A DNA stretch of 64,000 bases from an uncultured Acidobacteriota bacterium (GCA_963770895.1 CAVYRF010000002.1:4896001-4960000); one strand, 5' to 3'; counted from the stretch's first letter, positions 8,047 through 19,239 are shown. Translations and numbers: made by a program. The notes: generated from the letters alone by a model not told the origin.

Positions 8047-11000
8047 GATCCGGATGAGAGCCAGGGAAAGGCCCGGTTTCCTTTCCGTTCTGAAGCCCGG
8101 GACCCCATTCCGTAACGTGGTGATGCGGGTCAGTGTGGGATTCCGGCATTCCATGGTCTGTCCAGTCCGTACGCGCTGTTTGTCTTCCATATTTATCTCT
8201 AGTCACCGTCGATCGCTCCCATTGTCCTGTTTTTTCATTGAACTTGTAGTGCTCATGCGTGTATTCCTGTCCCGTAGGTTGACCCTGGCGACCTGCGTTA
8301 GCCGTGCTCTCAGGAGGGTCAGGAATCATTTGGGGCTTGGGTTGTTCGCCTTCACCCGAGCCCTTTGGCGGGACTTTACTCCCGCTTGATACGGCCGTCG
8401 AGTCCCCGGCCTGCCCAGTCTCGCTGAGGTTCTGGAATTGCTCCCAGCTGGTGGGCGTATCGCTCTCCGCTGCGGCGCTGCCATGGCCGACTGTGAATTG
8501 GTCAGCGCCGTTGCCGTCTGGATTCTCGACGGTGATGCTGGCTTGGGGCTTGCTCGTGGTGGCGACGGGAGCTGGCGTGTCAGGTGCCGGGACTCCTGAT
8601 GTAGTGGTGTCGATTTCAGTTCCGCTCTCGAAGGTCGTTGGCGTTTCGCCCGGAGCGGTGAAACCGTGAATGGCGCCTCCGAGGACAGCTCCGCCGGCGC
8701 CGGCCACGACATAGGTGCCGAGGCTCGAAGTGCGCCCCTCAATGGCATCGTCAATGGTCTGGCTGGCGACACCTCCGGTAGCTCCACCGACAACGGCTGC
8801 ACTGAGCGCGCCTGCCCCTGCGGCGGTGGCGGCGACCGTTGCCAAACCTCCTGTCGCTGCGCCTACGGCGGTGACCGCGAAGGTTTTCGCGGCAAACTTC
8901 AACTCCTTCTTGACTTCTTTGTCGACTCCTTTGGCGACCTGAGTGAGGGTGGTGGCGTTGATGGCGTCGCCGATGCCGGCTTTGACCATGATGGCGTCGG
9001 CTTCGGCGGGGGTGAGGCCGCCTTGTTGGACAAGGGCCAGATGGAAGGCGACGGGGTCCTTCTTGGCTTGGGCTGTTGTTACGGCTTGGCGGTGGTCATT
9101 TTCATCGACGATGAAGGTCGTGCCCTGCTTGTTGACCGATGCCGCACGGCCTTCGGGATCCAGGTACACGGTCGGATTGGCGTAGGCGTAGAGGTAGCGG
9201 TGGAGGCTGGGCGGGTTGTCGGTTTTGCCGTCGGCGGGGTCTTCGGTCAGGAAGCGGCCGATGGTGGGGTCGTAGAAGCGGGCTTTGCAGTAGTAGAGGC
9301 CGGTTTCGGTGTCGAGCTCGTGGCCGGTGAAGGCGAAGGCGTTGAAGGTGGTGCCGGTGGTTGCGCGGTAGTTGCCCCAGGCGTCGTATTGGTAGGTGGC
9401 CCGGAGGCTGCCGGTGGTGGTGGTGAGGTCGGTGATCGAGCCTAAGGCGTCGAAGAGGTAGAAGGAGCGGCCTTCGGTCTGCTGGTTTTGGGAGAGGAGG
9501 CGGTCGGGGCCGTAGTCGTATTTGGCCAGGGTCTGGTTGTTGGCGTCGGTTTCCAGGAGGACGGATTTGTCGTCGAAGGTGTAGTGGATGTAGCCGAGGG
9601 CGCCTTGCTTGAGGACTCTCAGGCCCTTGTAGTCGTACTCGTAGGTGCCCAGCGTCGAAGAGGCTTGCGAGACGGCGGTGAGCTGGTCGCGGACGTCGTA
9701 GCGGAAGGTGGTGGTGGTGCCGTTCTGGGTCTTTGCGAGCTGGTTGCCGTTGGCGTCGAAGGTGTAGGCGATGCTTTGCGCGCTGTTGAGGTTGTCGGTG
9801 AGGGTGGTGAGCTGGTGGCGCGCGTTATAGGTCAGGGTGTGGTCGGTGAGGGGGGAGCTGTCGGCGTTGCTGGTGGCTTTTTCGGTGGTGCGGTCGCCGA
9901 CCTTGTCGTAGGTGTAGGCGACCTGCTGATCGGGGTAGGTGACGCCGGTGAGGCGGTCGGCGGGGTCGGAGGTGTAGGTGGTGATCTGGCCTGCGGCGGG
10001 GCCGTTGGCGCGGATTTCGAGCTGGCTTGTGCGGTTGCTGTCGGGGTCGTACTGGTATTGGAAGTGGCTGAGGACGGTCGCGGCGCCGAGGCGGTTTTCC
10101 TGGACCTGGATGCGGGCGGCGTCGTCGTAGGTGGTGTTTTCGTTGGTGCCGTTGGGGTAGGTGACGGTCTGGAGGCGGCTGTCGCGCAGGTAGGCGTAGT
10201 TAGTGATGCCGGCTCCGTTGACGTTGACGGCGGTGAGGCGGTTGAGGGCGTCGTAGGTGTAGCGGGTGACCAGGTTGTCGGGGTCCTGGAGGGTGGTGCG
10301 GTTGCCGTTGGGGTCGTAGGTGTAGGCGAGGGTGAGGTTGTAGCGATCGGTGACGGTGAGGAGGCGATCGAACAGATCGTAGGTGCGGGCGGTCTGGCGG
10401 GTGTTGGGGGCGCCGGACCAGGTCTCCTGGATCGCCGTGGGGTTGTTGTTGGGATCGTAGGTGAGGGCGATGGACTGGAGGTCGTCGGTCGTGGGCGGCG
10501 CCGGGGGCGGATAGGTGGCCAGGGCCTGGCGGTCGATGGCGTCGTAGGCGTAGGCGATGGTCTGGCCGTCGGCGTCGGTGAGGCCGGTGCGGTTGCCGTT
10601 GGGGTCGTAGGCGTAGGACTCGACGGCGTTGTCAGGGTAGGTCTTCCGGGTGACTCGATTGAGGGTGTCGTATTGCCAGGCGGTGGTCTTGGATTCGCCG
10701 TCGGTGGTGGTGAGGCGGTTGCTGTCCAGGTCGTAGGTGTAGCTGGTGCGATCGCCCACGGGGTCCTGGACGGCGATGAGGCGGTTGGCTGCGTCGTAGG
10801 CGTAGGTCCAGGGCTGGCCGGGGAAGGCGGGGCGCTGTCTCTGGATGCGGTTGCCGTCGCCGTCGTAGGCGTAGGTGGTGGTGTCGCCGGCGTTGTCGGT
10901 TTCGGTGAGGAGGTGGCGCCGCAGGTCGTGGGTGTAGGTGGTGACGCGGCCCTCGGGGTCGGTGGCGGTGGCGCGGTCGCCCATGGTGTCCAGGGTGAAG

Positions 11001-12657
11001 GTGGTGATGGCGGCCAGCGGGCGCTCTTCGGCGGTCTGCAGATTCCTTTCGTCGTATTCGTAGCCGGTGGTGTTGCTGTTGGCGTCGGTGACGAAGCGGC
11101 GGTTGCCGGCGGGGTCGTATTGGATGGTTTGGAGCAGCACTCGGGCCTTGGTGGTCTGGGTGAGGCGCCCTTCGGGGTCGTAGGTGTGGGAGCTGAGGGT
11201 GCCGCGGCGGTCGATCTCGGTGAGCTTGCTGCCCAGGCCGTCGTAGGTGAAGGTCTGGGTGTAGGCCAGCGGCTGCGGGGCGGTGGTCAGGATCAGCCGG
11301 TTGAGGGCGTCGTAGGCGAAGGCAGTGGTCTGGCCCTTGCGATCGGTCTGCGCCAGGCGGTTGCCGACGGCGTCGTAGGTGACGGTGGTGGTGTAGGCGA
11401 AGGGCTGCGGGTCGGTGGTCTGCACCAGGCGGTCGAGGCGGTCGAACTGATAGGTGGTGATCGATCCGCGCGGATCGGTTTCGGCGACCTGGTTGCCGGC
11501 CACGTCCCAGGCCTTGGTGATCGTGCGGCTGGCGGGCAGATCCTGCTCGACGAGGCGGTGGAGCGCGTCGTAGTGGTTGGTGGTGAGGTTGCCGTTGGCG
11601 TCGGTCTGGGTGGTGGGGTCGCCGTTGGCGTCGTAGGTGGCGGCGCTGACGGCTCCGATCGTGTCGGTCGTCGCGATCAGGCGGTTGAGCGGGTCGTAGG
11701 CGTGGGTGACGGCGTCGCCATTGGGGAGCTGCTCGGAGATGCGGTTGTTGACCAGGTCGTAGCCGTAGGTGGTGACCAGGCTGCGGTTGGGCTGCGTGAC
11801 CCGGTTGAGCAGCACGGTCGTCTGGGTGAGGCGGTTGCGCGCGTCGTAGGCGAAGTTAGTGGTGTTGAGGAGCGGATCGATCTTGCGCGTGGTGTTGCCG
11901 TCGGCGTCGTATTCGAAGGTGGTGGTGTCGCCGAGCGAATCGGTGCGCTGGACGGCGCGGTTGAGGGGGTCGAAGACGGCGGTGTGGACGCGGTCCTGCG
12001 GCTGGTTGCGCTGGCGCTCGCTGACCAGGTTGCCGTTGCCGTCCCAGGTGTCGACGGTCTCGGTGGGGGAGCCCGTCTGCCAGGGCGGCAGGTCCTTCTG
12101 GAGCATGCGGTTGAGCTCGTCGTAGGTGATCGTGGTGAGGCGCCCCAGCGGGTCCTGCTGCTGCGTGACGTTGCCGTTGCCGTCCAAGGTGAAGAGGGTC
12201 GACACGAGGCCCGAGTCGCTGGTGCGGTCGGTGCGGATGCGGCGGTTCAAGCCGTCGTAGGTGTGATGGGTGACGCGCGTGCTGAAACCCGGCTGCGAGG
12301 AGTCGCTCAGGGTTTCGCTGGCGACGTTGCCGACCCCGTCGTAGGTGTAGGCGGTGGTCTTGCCGAGCGGTTCGGTGCGCCCTGCCAGCCGCTCGGCGTC
12401 GTCGTATTGGAAGGTGGTGTCGTGGCGCGGCGACGCGCTGTCGAACCAGTCGGTTTCGAGCGTCTTGTTGCTGGCCAGGTCGTACTGGTAGAGCTTGGTG
12501 CCGGCGGCGGCGTTGTCGATCTGCACCGGCCGCCCCTGGAGGTCGGAGGTGGTCGTCGTCACCCGCCCCAGGGCGTCGGTCCTGGTGACGACGTCGCTGA
12601 CGTCGTCGTAGGCGGTGGTTTCGACGGCCGGGGTGCTGCCGGCCAGGGGGTAGGTCT
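8039..12657 (-). CDS. Orphan RHS module: partial YD-repeat cage, RHS core, glycine-zipper pre-toxin and His-rich putative RNase toxin
   Basis: YD repeats; core ends YAYANPTVYLDPEGR; tip RDKYGRQTARTDWTDHGMPESHTDPHHH; 8851..12657 duplicates 35164..38970; first in-frame start is GTG 12562. Confidence 0.88.
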
Positions 12658-12941
12658 CGCCGCGGCCTGTGCGGGTGCCGGCGTCTGGGGGGGGCCGGAG
12701 CCTGGACCGGCGCAGCTTTGGCGGTCTGCGCCCGCTGGGTCTGCGCCTGCTGGGCCTGCGCCGGCGCCGCTTTGACCGTCTGCGCCGGTGCCACGCCGGC
12801 TCCCCTGCCGATCCAACCCAGGCTCAGGCCTAGCGCGGCCAGAGTGGCGCCGCGCCGGCGCCTGGCCAGGTCTGGCGGTTTGGCACGGGGCATGGTGGGT
12901 CGGCGGCGGGTCGACGGCATCGGGATGGGATCGCTCATCAT
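12658..12941 (-). pseudogene. Signal-peptide/N-terminal stub of the RHS gene, deletion-fused to the orphan RHS out of frame
   Basis: MSDPIPMP..RRRRGATLAALGLSLGWIGRGAGVAPA-QTVK; the junction joins main-gene position ~45938 to 38970. Confidence 0.8.
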
Positions 12942-12995
12942 CGGTTCGAGAAGCGACGCGGTCAGTGGCCGACCGGCAGACAGCCGGTGAAGAGG

Positions 12996-13131
12996 GCCGA
13001 CCAGATGCAGAACCTCGGCTTCCAGCTGACCGCCGTCACCGCCAACCAGGTGGTCTACAACTTCTACCAGGCGACCACCCTGTCGCTCTCCGGCATCGGC
13101 GTCCCCGGCACCGTACCTGGCCCTCGGGCCG
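12996..13131 (+). repeat. Inverted fragment of the choice-of-anchor A end of the giant gene
   Basis: Reads ADQMQNLGFQLTAVTANQVVYNFYQATTLSLSGIGVPGTV on the plus strand; the source (~46586-46718) is on the minus strand. Confidence 0.85.
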
Positions 13132-13281
13132 GAGCTGATTTCGGGTCGGCCTCCCGTTTTCACTATCGGCCTCGCCGATCTCTATGAAGGCAGCGGATAG
13201 TGTGCAGTTGTGCCTGGCCGCCCACCTGGGACTATCTGTCTACGATGGCCGCTCGGTCTGGCGAATGAGCGCGACCTACGA

Positions 13282-13554
13282 TCAACCTTCTTCGCCCCAA
13301 GCCTCTTTCTTAACATTAAACTCCCATTCTGCCTGTCTCATGGCGTCTTCCACGGATTCGTGAAAGGTGTCAGTCATCTCCTCGCCGTCTTTGTCAAGAT
13401 AGAGGAGGTAGTAGCCTTGGGAGTCTGGAATCTTGACGATTTGCAGCTGGGCAGGAAGTGGCAGAAGCTGGCCATCGCGAAAGTGGCGGGTGTTGCCTGT
13501 AGCTCCAACTAATGGCCCAATCTTCAGCGTGTGCAGTATTTTAAAATAGCTCAT
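13282..13554 (-). CDS. 90-aa immunity paralog of 26883..27155
   Basis: GNTRHFRDGQLLPLP..GYYLLYLDKDGEEMTDTFHESVEDAMRQAEWEFNVKKE; conserved leader CGATTTCAAGG. Confidence 0.8.
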   Translation of the reverse strand: MSYFKILHTLKIGPLVGATGNTRHFRDGQLLPLPAQLQIVKIPDSQGYYLLYLDKDGEEMTDTFHESVEDAMRQAEWEFNVKKEAWGEEG

Positions 13555-13734
13555 ATTTCTTGTGTAGGCTCGATTTCAAGGCTATTGATTCCTGTGTAAA
13601 AAATGTCCTATTTGAGCTGCAAAAAAAGAGGACTGTGCGCCAGGAAGGATCGAAGCAGAAGCTGATTCCGCTGAAGGCTGCGATGGCCGTGCCGCGCGGC
13701 GGCGGTGAGTGCGTCGAGTTGAGTTGGTGCCAGG

Positions 13735-13817
13735 TACAAGCGCGTGCATCGGCTCTATTGCGAAGAAGGCTTGACGGTGCGCCTGCGCAAGCGGGTTTGC
13801 CGAGAGCAGCGCCGACC
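13735..13817 (+). mobile_element. IS3-family OrfB scrap
   Basis: YKRVHRLYCEEGLTVRLRKR resembles the IS3/IS407 (N)HKRVYRLYREEGL motif; no element ends seen. Confidence 0.6.
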
Positions 13818-13963
13818 GTGGCCGCGCTCGCCGCCTACGACCGCGTCAAGGCGGCGGCCGCGGCGACGAGAAGGTGACCGCCGCCCGCGGAGCCAGCACG
13901 GTGCCGGGGACGCAGATGCCGGACAGCGACAGCCTGGTCGCCTAGTAGAAGTTGTAGACCACC
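13818..13963. repeat. Two abutting scraps: inverted RHS-gene piece (13818-13866) and direct giant-gene piece (13867-13963, equals 46570-46666)
   Basis: VAALAAYDRVKAA on the plus strand (source ~45165-45212 on minus), followed by a match to 46570-46666. Confidence 0.8.
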
Positions 13964-13999
13964 CGAGCCAACAGCTTCCAAACGGCGAGCGCTGTGCGG

Positions 14000-14434
14000 T
14001 CAGCGTTCTGGATATAGACCAAGCCAGATGGCTTCGAGATCGGCCGTGCTTAGTTGCCATTTGCGGTAGCGGAGGCTCGTGCACTCTACTTCCCACGCTA
14101 GTATGTTTGCGTTTATGCAATCCTGTTCAAAGGAAATTCTGGGCGGCGCATCGCAGTCGTGGATATAGGTGAAGCGCCTTACTTCCTGAAACATTAGTTC
14201 TGCTGGCGGAACATCCTTGAATTGCGATTGAAACTGCAGGACCAGAGTGCCCCAGCCACCGAAGATCATTTGCTGTAGCTCGTCGACAATGTCTCGTCCT
14301 GCCCACTGTGCTTTCACGGCTATCGCATCGTGAAAGTCACGGACAAGGTGATACAGCTGTCGCGCATCTTGTTCGGATCGCACGTCAATCCATTCCGTGC
14401 GTGAAGCGTTGTGCTTGTCTGATGGGTTAGTCAT
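14000..14434 (-). CDS. Putative immunity protein (FHDA motif, Imm50-like)
   Basis: ATG 14434 overlaps the toxin-tip stop (ATGACTAA); VRDFHDAIAVK..ELMFQEVRRF..WEVECTSLRYR. Confidence 0.7.
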   Translation of the reverse strand: MTNPSDKHNASRTEWIDVRSEQDARQLYHLVRDFHDAIAVKAQWAGRDIVDELQQMIFGGWGTLVLQFQSQFKDVPPAELMFQEVRRFTYIHDCDAPPRISFEQDCINANILAWEVECTSLRYRKWQLSTADLEAIWLGLYPER

Positions 14435-14708
14435 GGGTGTCGAATGGAATATGGGGGCTACGATCGCCGCCGCCAGTTGAGTGACGCGGATGCAGCTCAT
14501 CGTACTTGAAAGTATGAAAGCCTTCTCCGTGTTCAGCAGATTCTCCGAAGTCAAACTGCCGTATGCGACTTCCGAAAGCGTCGTATGTGGTCACTTGCTT
14601 TAGGTCTCCGTTTGGAAGGAACCGTTCGTAGGCAGAATATGGTGCAGCTCGCGTTGGAGCTCGCCCCAGGAGTCTTGCTGTGTAGTATTCGTCGGGTAAG
14701 AAACTCGT
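14427..14708 (-). pseudogene. Orphan toxin tip (His-rich putative RNase), not in the ORF track
   Basis: Hand translation: TSFLPDEYYTARLLGRAPTRAAPYSAYERFLPNGDLKQVTTYDAFGSRIRQFDFGESAEHGEGFHTFKYDELHPRHSTGGGDRSPHIPFDTHD*. Confidence 0.7.
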
Positions 14709-17700
14709 CCGGCTGGCTGGGCTGACCGTTGGGTCCCTGCGTGCCGACCTTGACGCTGGGGTAGAAGACGAAGGGCGCCATGGTGAGCGTGCCGGCGGAC
14801 ACGTTGACCGTGTACATGGCGGCGACGTCGTTGCCCAGGATCACGCCGGCTCCGGTGCCGTAGGCGTTGGTGGTGGTGACGACCGAGGGTCCGCCGCAGC
14901 TGCCCAGGATCGGCGACGGGATGGGGCAGGCGGCCAGGTTGCCGTTGGGCGCCAGCGCGTCGTCGAAGACCGCCGCGTTCTGCTGGTTCGAGCCCGGCGG
15001 GTTGTTGCACTGCACGTCGTCGCGGCGCGCCGCCGGGCCGACGGCGAAGGTCACCGGCACGTTCGAGATCGAGTTGCCGTAGGAGTCCTGGACCTGGACG
15101 TGCACGTCGCCGGCGTACATGCCGGGGTTGCCGCCCATCTGCTGGCTCGGCTCCTGGCTGACGATGGTCGCGGGCGGGCCGGGGAAGCCGTAGGCATAGA
15201 AGGGGGCGTCGGGGGAGAGCGCGCCGTCGTGGGTCGAGACCGAGGCGTCGACGAGCTGGACGAGCGCCTGGGTGGCGTAGGCGTCGGTCGGGCTCTGCAG
15301 CAGGAACGCCGGGCTGGCCGCGGTCTGCTGGCCGAGGCGGATGGTTACCGCGGCGTGGCCGAGCGGGTCGGTGACGACCGCGACCGAGGTGCTTTCGGCC
15401 GAGGTCGCCGGATCGACAAGGGTGCCGCCGCCGGTGCCCGCGGCGGTGGTGAAGGTGACGGTGGCCCCCTGGACGGGCTTGCCGGACGCGTCGCGCGCCA
15501 CGACGGCGAGCTGGGCCGGCAGCAGGGTCCCCACCTGGCCCATCTGGTTGTTGGTCGCCGAGACGATGACCAGGCTGGCCGCCGAGAGCGGATCGGCGTT
15601 GGGCTGCACCGTGCCGTACGGGTCTGCGAGCGCGTTGGCGGCGAACTGCAGCGTCCACTGGTCGGGCGACTCGGCGGAGGCGCCGCCGGCGAGGCCGCCG
15701 GCGATCAGGTAGGCGGCGCCGCCGCTCACCGGGTCCTCCACCACCCAGATCGAGCCGGTCCAGGAGTCGCGCGTGACGGCGGTCGCCGGCACGTCCACGG
15801 TGAGGCCCTGGCTCAGCCAGTTCTGGATGTCGGCCAGGACCGCCGCCGGCTGCTGGAGGTTGGACGGCAGCGGTGTGGCGTTCTGGGCGGTGAGGTGGAG
15901 CACCGGGATGCCGGCCTGGTTGGCGACGCCGATGCCCTTGTCGGCCGAGACGGAATCGACCTGGAAGTCCTGCTCGAAGGTGAGGTGCTCCCAGGACGAG
16001 CCTTCGAGCGCCGAGACGCGCATCCAGTCGAAGGCGGTCGAGGGATCGGCGCCGCGCGCGAACGGTTCGGCGACGCGCAGCGGCGCGTCGAGGGTGACGC
16101 CCTGCCACTGGAAGGCGTAGGGGAGCGACGCCACCAGGTCGATGGTGACCGCGTTGCCGACCACCGACAGCGACGGCAGCGGCCGCAGCACGCCGACGTC
16201 GAAGAGGCCGCCCAGCTCGGTTTCGGCCTGGTCCCAGTGCTGGCTGTAGGCGAGCGCCTCCTGGGAGAGGAGGTGGGCTCCCTGCGACTCCACGTCGCCG
16301 GGGTCGGGGGTGGCGGGCGCGGGCGGCGCGATCGCTTCTTCGGCCCCCACGTTGAGGGCGTAGTAGCTGCCGGCGGTGAGCGATTCGTCGATCGTCTCGC
16401 TGCCGCAGGGGCCGGCGAAGGTGACCTCCAGGCGGTGGGCGATGCCCATCGCGATCGGTTGGGTACCGACGGTGTTGGCGGCGCCGTCGACGTCGATCTG
16501 CGGCAGGAGCTCGACCAGGTAGAGGGGCACCAGGTCCAGGCCGCCGAACGATTCGACGGTCAGCTCGTCGTCGGCGGTCGCCGGGATGTAGGAGAGCGTC
16601 AGGCGCTCGCCGGCCACGGCGAGGACCGGCAGCGTCACGTCGAGCGATTCCTGGTCGGTCGGGTTGGGGCCGACCCGCGCCACCAGGTGGACGGTGTGGG
16701 CGACCGCGGGGGCGACCTGCGGCGCCTCGGAGGTGACCGCCACGACCGGCATCGGCAGCGAGCTCGGCAGCAGGCCCAGGGTCATGGCGTTGACCGTGCG
16801 CGTGCCGAGCTGCGCGGCGTAGGCCGGCGCGCCCGGCTGCTGCGCGAGGTAGCCGTTCACCGCCAGGCGGATCGCCGCCAGCGGGTCCTGCAGCTGCGGC
16901 GCCGCAAACGTCTGCTGGATGAGGCCGGACACCGAATAGCCCATCTGCCGCAGGACGCCCGTCGGCGGCAGGTCGGCGATCGTCTTGATCGCGGGCGCCA
17001 GCGGCAGCCAGGTGGCGCCCGAGACGTCCACCACCGCGCCGCGGTAGTTGGTGTAGGGCGCGTACACCTCGACCCAGGTATGGTCGACGTCGAACGCCGC
17101 GACGCCGCCCCCCTGCACGACCGGTGTGTGTGCCACCCCGGCGCGCGAGAGCGCCGCGTCGACCGTCGTCACCAGGGTCGCGGGCGCGGCCGCCGACGGG
17201 TTGTCAGCGACGCCCAGGCTGGTCGCCAGCGCCGCCACCGGCAGCTGCACGACGCCGTGCACGTAGCGGGCGCCGGTGCCGCTCGCGCGCAGCAGGGCGA
17301 TGAGCAGGCTGGCCTGGTCGACGTCGTTGCCGGCGCCCTGGCGCAGCGTGCCGACGGCGCCCTTCATCGAGCCGCCGTACCACTCGCCGCGGATGGTGTT
17401 GCGCACCCACTCGAAGATCTGCACGTAGTCGTAGCCCAGGGCCGCCGCTTGCGCCGTGATCTCCGGCGTCAGCGGCGCTTCCGTGGTGCCCGCCAGATCC
17501 GCCGACCCGGCCGCCGCCGCCTGCGGATTGGCATACGCCGGCACCACGGCCGGCGACGTCGCCGGCGCCTGCGGCGCCAGCCCCTGGCGCCGGTAGGGCA
17601 GGAGGCTCGACCGCAGCTTGGGGTGCGGCGGCGACGCCAGCGCCGCGGCCAGCGCCTGCCGCACCCCGGCCAGCGCCTGGACCGCCGCGGCGCGCGCCGC

Positions 17701-19239
17701 CTGAGCGTCTGCCGGGGCAGCCGCCGGAGGAGAGGCGGCGGGGGCCGCCGGCGCGGCGGCGGTCGCACCGGTGGGCGCGGGCGCGGCGGGGGCGGTGCCG
17801 GGCGCCGCAGGCGCGGTGCTGGGCGCCGCAGGCGCGGTGCCGGGCGCACCGGGGGCGGTGCTGGGTGCACCGGGGGCTGTGCCGGGCGCACCGGGGGCGG
17901 TGCCGGGTGCACCGGGAACGGCTGCCGGGGCGGCGAGGGCCTTGCGCAGCGCTGCGAGCGGCGCGGCGATCGGTGCGAGCACGGCGTCCACGGCGCCGCG
18001 GTAGGTCGCCTGCGCTGTCGCCAGCCGATCGGCCGCCGTGGACGAAAGGTGGCGCTGCGCGACGTGCGCTGCCACTTCGGCGAAGCGCCGGCCCATCGCC
18101 GCGTCCGCCGCCTTGACGCGGTCGTAGGCGGCGAGCGCCGCCACTGGATCGATCGGCGCCGCTGCCGCGGCGCGGGCGGCGGTCGCTGTGGAGGCGGCGG
18201 AGGCGCCGCGGGCAGCCGTCGTCGTGGAGGCGGCGGAGGCGCCGGAAGACCCGGCGGTAGGTATGGCTGGCGGTGCGAGCGGCGCCGCGTCGCCGGCGCC
18301 GACGGGCGGCGGCACCTGGTAGCCGATGCCGGGGCGCCACGACAGGCCCGCGACCCTGGCCAGGGCGGCGAGCGCCGCGTTCACCTCGGTTTCGGGGCGG
18401 CCGGCGATGGTCCCGCTGCCGGGGGCCGCAGGCGCTGCCGCCGCGGCGGCGGAACGGTTGGTTCGCGCGGCGCCGGCCGCTCCGGGAGCGAGACCGCCCG
18501 GCGCTCCGGGCGCTCCGGCCGCCGCGGTGGGCGCCCGGCGCGGTGCGGGGAGCACGGCGCCGCCGGGAGTGGCGACGCTCTTGGCCATGGGGGAGGCCCC
18601 CGGCGCGCCCGCGGGGAGGGCCGCGCTGCCCGCGCGCGCCGCCGGCTGCATCGGCTTGCCGTCCTGGTGTTGGACCGGCACCGGCGACTGGCCGGGATGG
18701 ACCACGGCGACGATCACCGGGATCTTGATCTTCGCCACCGCGCCCGGCGGCATGGCGGCCGGCGACGACTTGGCAGATGCGGTGCCGCCCGAGTGCTGGC
18801 CGGGCGCCGTCGTGGTCGGCGCCGGGGTCGCCACCGGGGCGCCTTTCGGCGCTGGGGTGGGCGGCGCCGCCGTGGGCTGTGAGGGTGCCGGCGCCTGGAC
18901 CGGCGCAGCTTTGGTGGTCTGCTGCTGCTGGGTCTGGGTCGGCTGGATCTGCACCTGCTGTACCTGCGCCAGCTGTGTCTGCGCCTGCTGTGCCTGCGCC
19001 TGCTGGGTCTGCGCCGGTGCCGCCTTGACCGTCTGCGCCGGCGCCACGCCGGCGCCGCCGCCGATCCAACCCAGGCCCAGGCCGAGCGCGGCAAGCGCGG
19101 CGCCCCGCCAGCGCCTGCCCGGCGCGGGCCGGGCGGGGTGGGTGGCGCCTGCGCCGGGTCTCAGGAGACGGCTGGAGTCGGCGGCGCGGCGTGCGGCGGG
19201 TCGGCGGCGGGTCGGCGGCATCGGGGTGGGATCGCTCAT
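14551..19239 (-). CDS. Truncated N-terminal-half copy of the RHS protein (signal peptide, Ala/Pro linker, transglutaminase-like and Ig domains; no RHS)
   Basis: 14704..19289 duplicates 41687..46498; ATG 19239 corresponds to main ATG 46447; ends in a ~50 aa out-of-frame tail. Confidence 0.85.
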   Translation of the reverse strand: MSDPTPMPPTRRRPAARRAADSSRLLRPGAGATHPARPAPGRRWRGAALAALGLGLGWIGGGAGVAPAQTVKAAPAQTQQAQAQQAQTQLAQVQQVQIQPTQTQQQQTTKAAPVQAPAPSQPTAAPPTPAPKGAPVATPAPTTTAPGQHSGGTASAKSSPAAMPPGAVAKIKIPVIVAVVHPGQSPVPVQHQDGKPMQPAARAGSAALPAGAPGASPMAKSVATPGGAVLPAPRRAPTAAAGAPGAPGGLAPGAAGAARTNRSAAAAAAPAAPGSGTIAGRPETEVNAALAALARVAGLSWRPGIGYQVPPPVGAGDAAPLAPPAIPTAGSSGASAASTTTAARGASAASTATAARAAAAAPIDPVAALAAYDRVKAADAAMGRRFAEVAAHVAQRHLSSTAADRLATAQATYRGAVDAVLAPIAAPLAALRKALAAPAAVPGAPGTAPGAPGTAPGAPSTAPGAPGTAPAAPSTAPAAPGTAPAAPAPTGATAAAPAAPAASPPAAAPADAQAARAAAVQALAGVRQALAAALASPPHPKLRSSLLPYRRQGLAPQAPATSPAVVPAYANPQAAAAGSADLAGTTEAPLTPEITAQAAALGYDYVQIFEWVRNTIRGEWYGGSMKGAVGTLRQGAGNDVDQASLLIALLRASGTGARYVHGVVQLPVAALATSLGVADNPSAAAPATLVTTVDAALSRAGVAHTPVVQGGGVAAFDVDHTWVEVYAPYTNYRGAVVDVSGATWLPLAPAIKTIADLPPTGVLRQMGYSVSGLIQQTFAAPQLQDPLAAIRLAVNGYLAQQPGAPAYAAQLGTRTVNAMTLGLLPSSLPMPVVAVTSEAPQVAPAVAHTVHLVARVGPNPTDQESLDVTLPVLAVAGERLTLSYIPATADDELTVESFGGLDLVPLYLVELLPQIDVDGAANTVGTQPIAMGIAHRLEVTFAGPCGSETIDESLTAGSYYALNVGAEEAIAPPAPATPDPGDVESQGAHLLSQEALAYSQHWDQAETELGGLFDVGVLRPLPSLSVVGNAVTIDLVASLPYAFQWQGVTLDAPLRVAEPFARGADPSTAFDWMRVSALEGSSWEHLTFEQDFQVDSVSADKGIGVANQAGIPVLHLTAQNATPLPSNLQQPAAVLADIQNWLSQGLTVDVPATAVTRDSWTGSIWVVEDPVSGGAAYLIAGGLAGGASAESPDQWTLQFAANALADPYGTVQPNADPLSAASLVIVSATNNQMGQVGTLLPAQLAVVARDASGKPVQGATVTFTTAAGTGGGTLVDPATSAESTSVAVVTDPLGHAAVTIRLGQQTAASPAFLLQSPTDAYATQALVQLVDASVSTHDGALSPDAPFYAYGFPGPPATIVSQEPSQQMGGNPGMYAGDVHVQVQDSYGNSISNVPVTFAVGPAARRDDVQCNNPPGSNQQNAAVFDDALAPNGNLAACPIPSPILGSCGGPSVVTTTNAYGTGAGVILGNDVAAMYTVNVSAGTLTMAPFVFYPSVKVGTQGPNGQPSQPDEFLTRRILHSKTPGASSNASCTIFCLRTVPSKRRPKASDHIRRFRKSHTAV

